46,208 bases of DNA from an uncultured bacterium (GTDB lineage: Bacteria; DAOPZR01): NCBI GenBank assembly GCA_964637655.1, contig CAZWUZ010000002.1:1-46208 (forward strand). The letters are read 5' to 3'. Below the pieces are notes generated by a model, which searched no databases, had not been told where the DNA came from, and saw only the letters and a list, made by a program, of their open reading frames with translations. The translations under genes and the position numbers were made by a program. The number at the start of each line of letters is the position of its first letter. Positions within the stretch are counted from its first letter, which is position 1. This document shows, in pieces, positions 28,161-37,155 of the stretch.

Positions 28161-28405
28161 CAGCGCCGCGGCGGCGGACAGAGGAGCAGCAGTTCCTGCA
28201 CGCGCGCGAGAAGCGCCGCTACCGGCGCCTGCTCGCACGCGACCGGCGGCAGGGAGAGCAGTTCCTGTAGCGCCCCCTGCAGCGCGCGCAGCAGGATACC
28301 GGCGGCGGCGGGGGTGAGACTTTCGTCGTCAAAGTGCCGGCGGATGAGCGTGAACTGCCGCTGCAGGAAGACGATCGCCGGCGTGTGCCGGCGCGGCGGC
28401 GGCAT
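28160..28405 (-). CDS. Small hypothetical helical protein (about 81 aa)
   Basis: Fills the pdp-MBL gap; TGATG overlap with the MBL start; start codon uncertain. Confidence 0.5.
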   Translation of the reverse strand: MPPPRRHTPAIVFLQRQFTLIRRHFDDESLTPAAAGILLRALQGALQELLSLPPVACEQAPVAALLARVQELLLLCPPPRR

Positions 28406-28452
28406 GCGCGGCGTCGCGCCTTTGACCACCAGCGGAGTGCGGCGGCGTGCGG

Positions 28453-29796
28453 TCACGGGCGCGGCAGGTCGACGCGCGTCACCGCGTCGATGGTGACGTC
28501 GCTGTAGATGAGCGGCGGCAGTACCGGGGCGCTGTCGCTGAACGAGTAGGCGGAGAGAAATTCGGGCAGCACCTTTTCCGTGAACTGCGCAATGTCGTTG
28601 ACATGGGCGAGGGCGATGACTTCGCCGGCCGCGACCTTTGCCCCGACCTTTCTCTCCAGCAGGTAGCCGACCGACAGGTCGAGCACCGAGTCCTTGGTGA
28701 CGCGCCCGGCGCCCAGTGCCTGCGCGCACATCCCCACCTTGAGCGCGTCGATGCCGCTGATATAGCCTGCCTGCGGCGCCTTGACCTCGACGACGTGCGG
28801 CGCCCGCGCGAACTTCCCGGGCAGCCGCACGTACGACGGGTCCCCGCCCTGGCATTCAGCCATGCGCGCGAAATTATCGACTGCCGCCCCTGAGGCGATG
28901 ATGCTGTCGAGTTTCGCCCGCGCCACGCCTGCGTCTGTCGCCAGTTGCGCCATGAGCAGCAGGCGCGTCCCTTCCTGCAGCACCAGCTCCGTGATGTCCG
29001 CCGGTCCCTGCCCCTGCAGAATTTCGACTGCCTGCACCATCTCGAGGTTGTTCCCCACCGCGCGCCCGAGCGGCTGGTTCATGTCGCTGATAATAGCCCG
29101 CACGTCCTTGCCCAGGTTGACCCCGATCTCGATCATTGATTTCGCCAGGCCGACAGCATCGTCGTACGACTTCATGAAGGCGCCCGCGCCCGTCTTGACG
29201 TCGAGCAGCAGCGCGTCCATCCCCTCGGCGAGTTTCTTGCTCATGATGCTTCCGGAGATCAGGTCGATGCTGTCGACGGTGGCGGTAACATCGCGCAGCG
29301 CGTACATCAGTTTGTCGGCGGGGGCGATGTCGGGGGTCTGTCCCATGATGACGTAGCCGGCGGTGCGCAGCGCGTGCTCGATCTCGGGGACGGTCAGTTC
29401 GACCCTGAACCCGGGAATCCCCTCGAGCTTGTCGAGCGTGCCGCCGGTGTGCCCCAGCCCGCGCCCCGACATCATCGGCACCACGGCGCCGGCGGCGGCG
29501 ACGAGCGGGCCGAGCGCGAGCGACACCCCGTCGCCGACCCCCCCGGTCGAATGTTTGTCCACCTTGTGTCCCGGGATGGCGGAGAAATCGAGTTTCGTGC
29601 CGGAGTTGAGCATGCCGAGCGTCAGGTCGGCGCGCTCGCGCCCGTCGAGTGTGCGGATGAAGACTGCCATGAGGAAGGCGGCCATCTGGTAGTCGGGGAT
29701 CTCTCCCGCGGTGAATCCGTTGACGACGTGCAGGATCTCCTCGCGGCTGAGCGTGCCGCCGTCGCGTTTTTTCGTGATGATGTCATAAAGGCGCAT
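28453..29796 (-). CDS. pdp: Pyrimidine-nucleoside/thymidine phosphorylase
   Basis: MRLYDIITKKRDG, DKHSTGGVGD, MSGRGLGHTGGTLDKLE, YALRDVTATV, SIMSKK; GGAGGA RBS. Confidence 0.95.
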   Translation of the reverse strand: MRLYDIITKKRDGGTLSREEILHVVNGFTAGEIPDYQMAAFLMAVFIRTLDGRERADLTLGMLNSGTKLDFSAIPGHKVDKHSTGGVGDGVSLALGPLVAAAGAVVPMMSGRGLGHTGGTLDKLEGIPGFRVELTVPEIEHALRTAGYVIMGQTPDIAPADKLMYALRDVTATVDSIDLISGSIMSKKLAEGMDALLLDVKTGAGAFMKSYDDAVGLAKSMIEIGVNLGKDVRAIISDMNQPLGRAVGNNLEMVQAVEILQGQGPADITELVLQEGTRLLLMAQLATDAGVARAKLDSIIASGAAVDNFARMAECQGGDPSYVRLPGKFARAPHVVEVKAPQAGYISGIDALKVGMCAQALGAGRVTKDSVLDLSVGYLLERKVGAKVAAGEVIALAHVNDIAQFTEKVLPEFLSAYSFSDSAPVLPPLIYSDVTIDAVTRVDLPRP

Positions 29797-29826
29797 CGGG
29801 CAGGTCCTCCGCCGCGGGATGGCGCA

Positions 29827-29855
29827 AGCATACCTGCTGCCCGCCGACGCGTCAA
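29827..29855 (-). promoter_or_regulatory. Sigma70-type promoter of pdp
   Basis: Minus strand TTGACG (29855-29850), 17 nt, TATGCT (29832-29827). Confidence 0.7.
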
Positions 29856-30028
29856 GTTTGAGGCATGTGCGTTGTAGCCCCCTCCCGTCAGACCGGACGG
29901 TTAGCGATGCGTGGTTTTGCCGAAATGCGGCCGTTACTATGCCGCACAACGCAGCACATTGCCGGTCATCGTTGAAAAAGCACACACGTGGCCCCGTATC
30001 GTGCTTGACGATGGAACGGGAAAAGTGA

Positions 30029-31393
30029 TCAGGCAGCTTTTCGTTTGGGCGGCGGAGCCGGTTCCACCAGCGAACGGATGGCGTCACGCTGTTTCTGCCG
30101 CAGGCGTCCGCGCGCCATCGCCAGCATGACAATCAACGCCATGCCCATCCGGCAATGCATCTTGTCGATACCACGGATGTGATGCTGCTCGAAGCCGAAG
30201 GAGACATCCAGACGGCTGTTGATCCGTTCCACGGCTGTCCGCTGCTTGTAGAGCCGCTTGAACGCATGCGTATGCCGGGCCAGTGGCGTGAACAACCGGC
30301 GATCTTTCGCCAGCGGAATACGCACTATCCGTCCGAAGCCGGTCGTTTTCCCGTTGCCACAGAGGTCACGGCCCTCGCAGGTACAGTTGTACGCCGCCGC
30401 CGGGCAGCGGTATTTCAGGCAGGCACGTTCCTTTTCGAAGCCCATAAAAGTCATCGGCCGTTCCGTGCCCGTCTCCGGACACAGGCATGACACTTCGCCG
30501 TCCTGGTTGTAAACAACGTTATCTGCCTTCGCCAGGTTTACCGAACGCGTCTTTTCTTCCCGCTCCTGCCAGCAATGGCGGTTGTGAATCACCGGCATGA
30601 TTTCATACTCGTCCCACAGCAGGACGTTATTCTCCGTCGAATCGAATCCGCGGTCCCCCACCAGGGTCTCCGCATTCGCACAAATCTGCGGGTGCCGCTC
30701 CCAGTGCTGCTGCAGCAGCACCGGGAGTTGTTCGGTATCAGTCACCTTGGCCGTGGTGATGGTGAACCCCAACGGCAGTTCGTACGTCACGTCAGCCAGC
30801 AGATGCACCTTGTAGCCGAACCACCAGATCTCTTTCTTGCGCACCTTCCCGCTGGCATCAACCGTTTCATAATGCTTCGCTCCGTATTCCGCGTCTGTGT
30901 CCCGTCGGCCATCACGCCGCCGGTTGTCAGTGCGGTGCCGTGCGGCACTCCAGATGGCTTTCCCGTCCGCACCCAGACGTCGGCCCAGCTGCGGCAGATG
31001 CCGGCGCAGGTGTTCCACCTGCTGATGGAACATGGCATCGATTGCTTTCCGTTCCTGTTTCAGTTTGCCGAGGAAGCGGCTGAAGACCCACGACGGCGGC
31101 ACGGCGGCGACACCGGACGTGGTGGAGAACCCGCACAGGCGCAGCAGATCCCCGTTGCGCAGCAGTTCGCGGCGCAGTTGTTCAACGCTGGCGTGCTGGT
31201 ACACCAGTCCGGCCAGCAGCGCATTCCACAAGGCGCGGACCGGATAGTCATTCCGCCCCCTGCCGCGGGCGTGTTCCAGTTTGGTCATCAGGGTTTCGTC
31301 TTCGATGTTGTCCAGCACCAGCTGCAGGCGGGCAAGGTCTCCCTGCTCATAGACGTCTTGCCAGGTGAAGAGACTCCGTTGTACAATAGCCAT
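30029..31393 (-). CDS. DDE transposase
   Basis: GRNDYP..LRREL..CGF, ADGK, WFGYKVHL, GDRGFDS, YKQRTAVERINSRL; GGGAGG RBS before ATG 31393. Confidence 0.92.
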   Translation of the reverse strand: MAIVQRSLFTWQDVYEQGDLARLQLVLDNIEDETLMTKLEHARGRGRNDYPVRALWNALLAGLVYQHASVEQLRRELLRNGDLLRLCGFSTTSGVAAVPPSWVFSRFLGKLKQERKAIDAMFHQQVEHLRRHLPQLGRRLGADGKAIWSAARHRTDNRRRDGRRDTDAEYGAKHYETVDASGKVRKKEIWWFGYKVHLLADVTYELPLGFTITTAKVTDTEQLPVLLQQHWERHPQICANAETLVGDRGFDSTENNVLLWDEYEIMPVIHNRHCWQEREEKTRSVNLAKADNVVYNQDGEVSCLCPETGTERPMTFMGFEKERACLKYRCPAAAYNCTCEGRDLCGNGKTTGFGRIVRIPLAKDRRLFTPLARHTHAFKRLYKQRTAVERINSRLDVSFGFEQHHIRGIDKMHCRMGMALIVMLAMARGRLRQKQRDAIRSLVEPAPPPKRKAA

Positions 31394-31462
31394 GGGTTGA
31401 TTCCCCTCCCTTTGGGAATGTCCTACGGCGATTGTACCGCAATCTCCGTCGGGAATCAACCC
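31394..31462. repeat. Perfect 12-bp inverted repeat covering the transposase initiation region
   Basis: GGGTTGATTCCC (31394-31405) and GGGAATCAACCC (31451-31462). Confidence 0.85.
31431..31459 (-). promoter_or_regulatory. Internal transposase promoter
   Basis: Minus strand TTGATT (31459-31454), 17 nt, TACAAT (31436-31431). Confidence 0.65.
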
Positions 31463-31736
31463 GCTTTTCTCTCGTTTTCCGTCGCTGTAACCGTCTGGGG
31501 TGAAAATCCCGGTTTGGCCGGGATCCGCACAGCCTCTCCGTCGGGCATGGTGGGGTAGTTTGCCCTGAAAGTTTTCTGCGGCCTGTCGCTGGTTTTACAG
31601 CGCAGATGCCTCAGTTTTTGCCCTGTATATTTCCGGCGGCGGTTATGCTGCCGCTGTGCTTGCACGCTGCCATGCAATATGTTATACGTTTCCCGTTATT
31701 GGGAGTCCGGCGTGAGCCGGACAAAGGGGAAACGAA

Positions 31737-32642
31737 ATGGGAGTCGTGTGTCTGGTCCGGGCCGCGGGGGCGGTGTGCCTCCTGCTGTCCGTTGTGTCAG
31801 GTGTGTGGGCGGCGGAAGCGCCGCCCGCGGACGCGTTTGCGCTGCTGGCGCAGCAGTTGCAGCAGCAGGCGGCGACCGCGGGGTGCACGGTGGCGTACGT
31901 CGTGCATGACCTGCGGCGCGGCGACGCGGTGCATGCCGGCAGGAACATCATCCTGCCGGCGGCGTCGCTGATCAAGGTGCCGGTGCTGGTGGAGGCCTTC
32001 GCACAGATCGATGCGGGACTGCTCCGGCCGGATGACACCTTCGTGCTGCGCGAGAGCGACAAGACGGGGGGCTCGGGGATCCTGCGCTACTGCGCGGCGG
32101 GGACGGTCTGGACGGCGCGCGACCTTTTGCGCCTGATGATTGTCAAAAGCGACAACACGGCGACCGACATGCTGCTCGCCCGCCTGGGGATGGCGCGGAT
32201 CAACGCGCGCATGCGCCGGCTCGGGCTGACGGCCACGCGGGTGCGGCGGAAGATCCTCGACTACGCGGCGCTGCGACGCGGCATCGAGAACACGACGACG
32301 GCCTACGAAATGGCGCGGCTGCTGCAGCTGATTCACACCGGGCGGGCGGCGTCGCCCGCGTCGTGCCGCGCGATGCTCGATATCCTGCTCGCGCAGGAGT
32401 ATAACGACCGCATCCCGCGCCTGCTGCCGGCCGGCGTGGCGGTGGCGCACAAGACGGGCACGATGCACCGGCTGACCCACGACGCCGGCATCGTCTACAC
32501 CCCTGATGGCGGCGCGTTCAGCATCACGGTGCTGGTGCAGGGGCTGGAAGAAACCGGCGGGGAAACGCTGATCGCGCAGCTGGCGCGGCGGGCATACGAC
32601 TACTTCGCGGCGGCGCCGGCCACGGCGACTGCGGTACGGTAG
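31737..32642 (+). CDS. Secreted class A beta-lactamase-related serine hydrolase (PBP-like)
   Basis: Signal peptide; ASLIK, SDN, HKTG motifs. Confidence 0.88.
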   Translation: MGVVCLVRAAGAVCLLLSVVSGVWAAEAPPADAFALLAQQLQQQAATAGCTVAYVVHDLRRGDAVHAGRNIILPAASLIKVPVLVEAFAQIDAGLLRPDDTFVLRESDKTGGSGILRYCAAGTVWTARDLLRLMIVKSDNTATDMLLARLGMARINARMRRLGLTATRVRRKILDYAALRRGIENTTTAYEMARLLQLIHTGRAASPASCRAMLDILLAQEYNDRIPRLLPAGVAVAHKTGTMHRLTHDAGIVYTPDGGAFSITVLVQGLEETGGETLIAQLARRAYDYFAAAPATATAVR

Positions 32643-32659
32643 CGGAAAGGGAATCGGGT

Positions 32660-33670
32660 ATGGCGGAATCTGCGGCAACGGTGACGGCAATGGCGACGGT
32701 CGGGGCCCTGCTGCAGCAGACGCGTGCGGCCCGCAACCTGACCCTGGCGCAGGCGGCGGAGGAGACGAAGCTGTCGGTGTCCTTTCTCGCGGCGCTTGAG
32801 GCGGACGACTTTGCCGCGCTCCCCGGCGGTTCGTATCCGGCCATCTTCCTGAAAACCTACGCCCGCTTTCTTGAACTCGATGCAGCGGTGCTGCTCAAGC
32901 ATTACTACGCGCAGGTGCGGGCAACCGACGCGGCGGCGATCGCGGCCACCGCGGCGCAGCAGGCGGGTGACTGGTGGCGCGACCGGCGCGTCATTGCCGG
33001 CGCGGCCGTGGCAGCGATACTGGTCGGTATTGCCCTGGTGCTGCCGGCAGAGCAACCGGCGGACGAGCCGGCCCCGTCTCCGGCCCCGGCGGCGGATACC
33101 GTCCCGGCCCCGGCGATGACCCTGACTGGCGACTGGCCGGCGCGCGTCGCGGCGGCAGCGACGGCGGCGGAAAAGGAACAGCTGGCGCGCGAACTGCAGC
33201 CGCAGGCGGAACAGGCATCCGACCCGCTGGTCGCCGCCGAATTCTACCGGCTGCTGGCGCAGGTGCAGCCGCGCTTCCGCCTCGCCGACACCCTCGACCG
33301 GCTGGCGAAGCGCGAGTATGATGCCGGGGCGCAGCGGTTTGTCGCCCGTGACTACGCGGCGGCCCTGCCGCCGCTGCGTCGCGCCACGCTTATCAATCCC
33401 GCGGATGCCTATGCGCATTTTCTGCACGGGCGCGCGCTGGAACTGACCGGTGACGTGGCCGGCGCGGAACAGGCCTATCGCGCGGCCATCGCCGGCAACA
33501 AGCCGGCATTCGCCCGGTATCACTACTACCTCGCGGCGCTGCTGGAAAAGCGCGGCGATCGCGACGGGGCGCGCGCGGCGCTGCAGGCGTTCCGCGCCGC
33601 CGGAGGCGACCGCCGGGCGCCCAATCTTGACGCGGAAGCGGCGAAACTCGCCGCCCGCCTGGCCCAGTAG
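32660..33670 (+). CDS. RodZ-like HTH + TM + TPR protein
   Basis: VGALLQQTR..LE....LP..Y...FLKTYARFL, single TM segment, Pro linker, C-terminal TPR-like repeats. Confidence 0.8.
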   Translation: MAESAATVTAMATVGALLQQTRAARNLTLAQAAEETKLSVSFLAALEADDFAALPGGSYPAIFLKTYARFLELDAAVLLKHYYAQVRATDAAAIAATAAQQAGDWWRDRRVIAGAAVAAILVGIALVLPAEQPADEPAPSPAPAADTVPAPAMTLTGDWPARVAAAATAAEKEQLARELQPQAEQASDPLVAAEFYRLLAQVQPRFRLADTLDRLAKREYDAGAQRFVARDYAAALPPLRRATLINPADAYAHFLHGRALELTGDVAGAEQAYRAAIAGNKPAFARYHYYLAALLEKRGDRDGARAALQAFRAAGGDRRAPNLDAEAAKLAARLAQ

Positions 33671-33685
33671 GGCGCCGCATGGCCG

Positions 33686-33852
33686 CCCGGCAGCAGCGCC
33701 GGTTCTCCCGGCTGCTGCTTGAGGACTGCAGCGCCGCCGGCGGCGCGGGATTCCGGGCAGCGGCCCCGGTGGTGCTTCCTGCCGCCGGACGGCGCGGTAG
33801 CGGGCGATGAACGCCGCCCCCCGGCAGCAGCGACGGTTCTCCCGGCTGCTGC
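33686..33852 (+). repeat. 33-bp direct repeat (32/33) duplicating the PBP1A 5' end
   Basis: CCCGGCAGCAGCG[C/A]CGGTTCTCCCGGCTGCTGC at 33686-33718 and 33820-33852. Confidence 0.85.
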
Positions 33853-35867
33853 GCCCGCTGCTGCTGCATGCGGCCAGTGCCTGCCTGATGGTGGTGGCGG
33901 GGGTCTACGCGGCGATGCTGGTGCAGCAGCTGGCGGCGGAACTCTACCGCGACAGCGGCATCGCCTCCTACTCGCCGCACGAGGCGACGCTGGCGCTTGA
34001 CAACGAGGGGGAGATCATCGCCCGCCTCTACCTCGAAAACCGCGAACTGCTGCGCCTGACCGACGTGCCGCCGCGGGTCATCAACACCTTCCTCGCCACC
34101 GAGGACCACACCTTCTACGCGCACCACGGGTTTTCGCCGCGCGGGCTGGCGCGCGCCACGCTGCGCAACCTGCGGGCGGGGCGCACGGTCGAGGGGGCGA
34201 GCACCATCACCGAGCAGCTGGCCAAGAACATGATCGGCAACATGGAACAGACGTTCAAGCGCAAGTTCCGCACCATCCTGCTCGCGCTCGAACTGGAACG
34301 CCGCCTGACCAAGGACGAGATCCTGGAAAAATATTTCAATCAGATCTATTTCGGCGACGGGGTGTACGGGCTCAAGGCGGCGGCGCGCTTCTATTTCAGC
34401 AAGGAGGTGAAGGACCTCACGCTGCTCGAGGCGGCGGCGCTTGCGGGGGTGCCGAAAAATCCCTCGCGCTATTCGCCGTACAGCAACCGCGAGGAATGCC
34501 TCGGCCGGGCCCGCGACATTCTCGCCCGCATGCGCCAGCTCAATCTCGTTACCGATGCCGAGCACGCGGCAGCGCTCAACGAGGCGCTGGCGCTCGGGTC
34601 ACGCGAGATCCTGCGCTACGAGACGCAGGCGCCCTATTTCGTCGAGTATATCCGTCGCGGTCTTGTCGAACAACTCGGCAAGAACCTGCTCTACTCGGGC
34701 GGGCTGCGCATCCACACCACGGTCAGCCTGAAGATGCAGCATGCGGCCGAAGAAGCGCTGCTCACCACCACCGACCGGCAGGGAGCGGTGCTCGTCCTCG
34801 ATCCGCGCAGCGGGCAGATCAAGGCGATGGTCGGCGGGCGCGGCACGCCGGGCGACCAGTACAATCGCGCGGTGCAGGCGCAGCGCCAGCCCGGGTCGGC
34901 GTTCAAACCGTTTGTCTACCTGACGGCGCTGATGAAGGGATATACCGCGGCGACCATCCTCAAGGACGAGCCGACGACCTTCCCCGAGTTCGGCAACTGG
35001 AAACCGCAGAATTACTCGCGCAATTATATCGGGCCGGTCGCGTTGCAGCGGGCGCTGGAACGTTCGCTCAACATTCCCACCGCCGTGCTCGCCGACCATG
35101 TCGGCATCAGCAGTGTCATCGAGACGGCGCAGAAACTCGGCATCGCCTCGCCCCTGCAGCCGGCGCTGTCGCTGGCCCTCGGCGCCGGCGAGGTCAACCT
35201 GATGGAAATGACTGCCGCCTACGCGGTCTTTGCCAACGGCGGGGTGCGCTGCGCCCCGTCCGCCATCCGTCACATCACCGACGGCGAGGGCCGCATGCTC
35301 GATCAGGTGACGGCGGATGACGGACACGTCATCACGCTCGATTTTGACCGCCCGCGGCACGCGGTGCTCAGTGCCAACCACGCCTATCTCATCACCCATA
35401 TCCTGCAGGGAGTGATGACCCGAGGGACCGGGGGCGGCAGCAACCTTGCCCGCCCCTGCGCCGGCAAGACGGGCACGACCGACAACGAGAAGAGTGTCTG
35501 GTTCATCGGCTATACGCCCGACCTGGTCTGCGGGGTCTATGTCGGCAATGATGACAATACCCCGTTGCGCCGCCGGGGCGGTGCAGCGGTAACCGGGGGC
35601 AGCATTCCGGCACCGGTCTGGAAGAAGACGATGACGGCCGCCCTGGCGGGGCGTCCGGCTCTGCAGTTCCAGGTGCCGTCGACGCAGATCGTCTTTCGCG
35701 AGGTTTGCACCACCTCGGGGATGCTGGCGGTGGAAGGGTGCCCGGGCGAACGCATGGCGTTCATGGCGGGGACGGAACCGGTGCAGTCGTGTGTTACGTG
35801 TCTTGGCAGCGACGGACTGCTGCCGCTCAACGCGGAGGAGATCTTCTATGATGAAATCGGCTGGTAA
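33807..35867 (+). CDS. Class A penicillin-binding protein (PBP1A family)
   Basis: TM segment; EDHTFYAHHG, GASTITEQL, RKFR, KDEILEKY; QPGSAFKP, SLN, GKTGTT. Confidence 0.95.
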   Translation: MNAAPRQQRRFSRLLRPLLLHAASACLMVVAGVYAAMLVQQLAAELYRDSGIASYSPHEATLALDNEGEIIARLYLENRELLRLTDVPPRVINTFLATEDHTFYAHHGFSPRGLARATLRNLRAGRTVEGASTITEQLAKNMIGNMEQTFKRKFRTILLALELERRLTKDEILEKYFNQIYFGDGVYGLKAAARFYFSKEVKDLTLLEAAALAGVPKNPSRYSPYSNREECLGRARDILARMRQLNLVTDAEHAAALNEALALGSREILRYETQAPYFVEYIRRGLVEQLGKNLLYSGGLRIHTTVSLKMQHAAEEALLTTTDRQGAVLVLDPRSGQIKAMVGGRGTPGDQYNRAVQAQRQPGSAFKPFVYLTALMKGYTAATILKDEPTTFPEFGNWKPQNYSRNYIGPVALQRALERSLNIPTAVLADHVGISSVIETAQKLGIASPLQPALSLALGAGEVNLMEMTAAYAVFANGGVRCAPSAIRHITDGEGRMLDQVTADDGHVITLDFDRPRHAVLSANHAYLITHILQGVMTRGTGGGSNLARPCAGKTGTTDNEKSVWFIGYTPDLVCGVYVGNDDNTPLRRRGGAAVTGGSIPAPVWKKTMTAALAGRPALQFQVPSTQIVFREVCTTSGMLAVEGCPGERMAFMAGTEPVQSCVTCLGSDGLLPLNAEEIFYDEIGW

Positions 35868-37155
35868 GTTCGCGCTGGTCATCCTGCTGGCGTTGTGCGT
35901 CGTGACGCCGGCGTCCGCGGCGCCGGTACCCGAACTGCGCGGGCGGTTGCTCGATATCTCGGTTGAATACGGGTTTGCCTTCATCAATCTCGGGGTGCCG
36001 ACCGGGGTGAATATCGGCGACCTGTTCCTCGTCACCGGGGCTGATGGCACACCGCTTGCCCGGGTGCGCGTCAGCAAGGTCTACAACGATTTCTGCGAGG
36101 GCGACGTTGTCGAGAAGTTCCAGCCGCACCTGCTGCGCAGCGGTTTGAGCGCCGTGCGCGAAACGGCTGACCGCCAGACTCAGCCGGCGCCCGTGACCCC
36201 GGACCCGCCGGTGACGCCGGCACCACCGGTGACGCCGGTGCGGCCGGTGCCCCCCGCGGTGAGCGCGGCGCAGGTGGTGGCGACGCTGCACAAAACCCTG
36301 GCGCGCCCCGGCATCGTCGAGCACCCGCTGGCGGTGACAGTCAACGCCGACCGCAAGATCTATTTCCTCGATACGCGCCACCACGCGGTGATGCTGTGGC
36401 AGGATATCAATGCCGCGCCGGTGGTGCTCCCGACCGCGCCGGCCGCGACGCTGGGCGGTGGCTACTATTTCGGGAGCGGGCCGGGGCAGTTCGCCTGCCC
36501 GTCGGCGATTGCCAGCGATACCGCCGGACTGCTCTATGTCGCGGACGCGTTCAATAACCGCGTGCAGGTGCTCGACCGGGCCGGACGCGTACTGCGTCTT
36601 GCCGGCGATGAGGGACTGCCGCTCAACCGTCCGGCCGGACTGGCCGTGCACAGCGGCAGCGGCACACTCTACGTCGCCGAAACGGGGAGCGGACGCATCC
36701 GCCAGTTTGCCGCAAACGGTGCCCCGGGGCGGATCTTTTCCGCGCGCGACGGTTCGTTCCGCCCCTACGGGCTCGCGGTCATACAGGAACATCTGTATGC
36801 CGCGGACGGGGCGGGGCGGCGCATCGTCGTCTTCAACCGTGCCGGTGACGAGGTGGCTTCGTTCGGGGCGGGCCTGCTGGTGGCGCCGCGCGGGGTTGCC
36901 GGCAACGGCGGCGACCTGCTCTTTGTCGCCGACCCGGGCGCGGGCTGCGTCTTTATCTACAACGCCGGCGGGGTGCTGCAGGGGCGTATTGCCGGGCCGG
37001 AACTGAACCGCCCGTTCGACGTCGCCTGGCATCCGGAAGGGAAACTGGTGGTTGCCGACCCGGCCACCAATGCCCTGCTGCTCTACAGCGTGGCGCGCGC
37101 GACGGCCGCTGCGCGCACGGCCGTCAGCGCGCCGGTTCCTGCAGTACGGCAATGA
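35848..37155 (+). CDS. Secreted NHL-repeat beta-propeller protein
   Basis: Signal peptide from ATG 35848/35851; N-terminal beta domain; PVTP linker; GQF..P.AIA..LYVAD..N.RVQV repeats. Confidence 0.85.
   Translation: MMKSAGKFALVILLALCVVTPASAAPVPELRGRLLDISVEYGFAFINLGVPTGVNIGDLFLVTGADGTPLARVRVSKVYNDFCEGDVVEKFQPHLLRSGLSAVRETADRQTQPAPVTPDPPVTPAPPVTPVRPVPPAVSAAQVVATLHKTLARPGIVEHPLAVTVNADRKIYFLDTRHHAVMLWQDINAAPVVLPTAPAATLGGGYYFGSGPGQFACPSAIASDTAGLLYVADAFNNRVQVLDRAGRVLRLAGDEGLPLNRPAGLAVHSGSGTLYVAETGSGRIRQFAANGAPGRIFSARDGSFRPYGLAVIQEHLYAADGAGRRIVVFNRAGDEVASFGAGLLVAPRGVAGNGGDLLFVADPGAGCVFIYNAGGVLQGRIAGPELNRPFDVAWHPEGKLVVADPATNALLLYSVARATAAARTAVSAPVPAVRQ
36190..36240 (+). repeat. Three 18-bp tandem units encoding PVTPxP
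   Basis: PVTPDP-PVTPAP-PVTPVR; CCGGTGACGCCGG repeated. Confidence 0.7.

Larger units (their letters stand above)
29860..31612 (-). mobile_element. Complete insertion sequence, 1753 bp, DDE transposase (IS5/IS1182-like, family uncertain)
   Basis: IRs GAGGCATGTGCGTTGTA (29860-29876) and TACAGCGCAGATGCCTC (31596-31612) match 15/17. Direct repeat AGTTT at 29855-29859 and 31613-31617. Confidence 0.9.

Noticed and set aside
31660..31688. Promoter for the serine hydrolase operon (TTGCAC-17-TATACG)
   Set aside because: Plausible, but the -10 lacks the conserved final T, so it is too weak to call.
31737..32642. Bona fide beta-lactam resistance gene mobilised by the IS
   Set aside because: There is no clear E166-type omega-loop motif, the gene lies outside the IS ends, and it sits in a cell-wall cluster. 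A PBP-like hydrolase is more likely.
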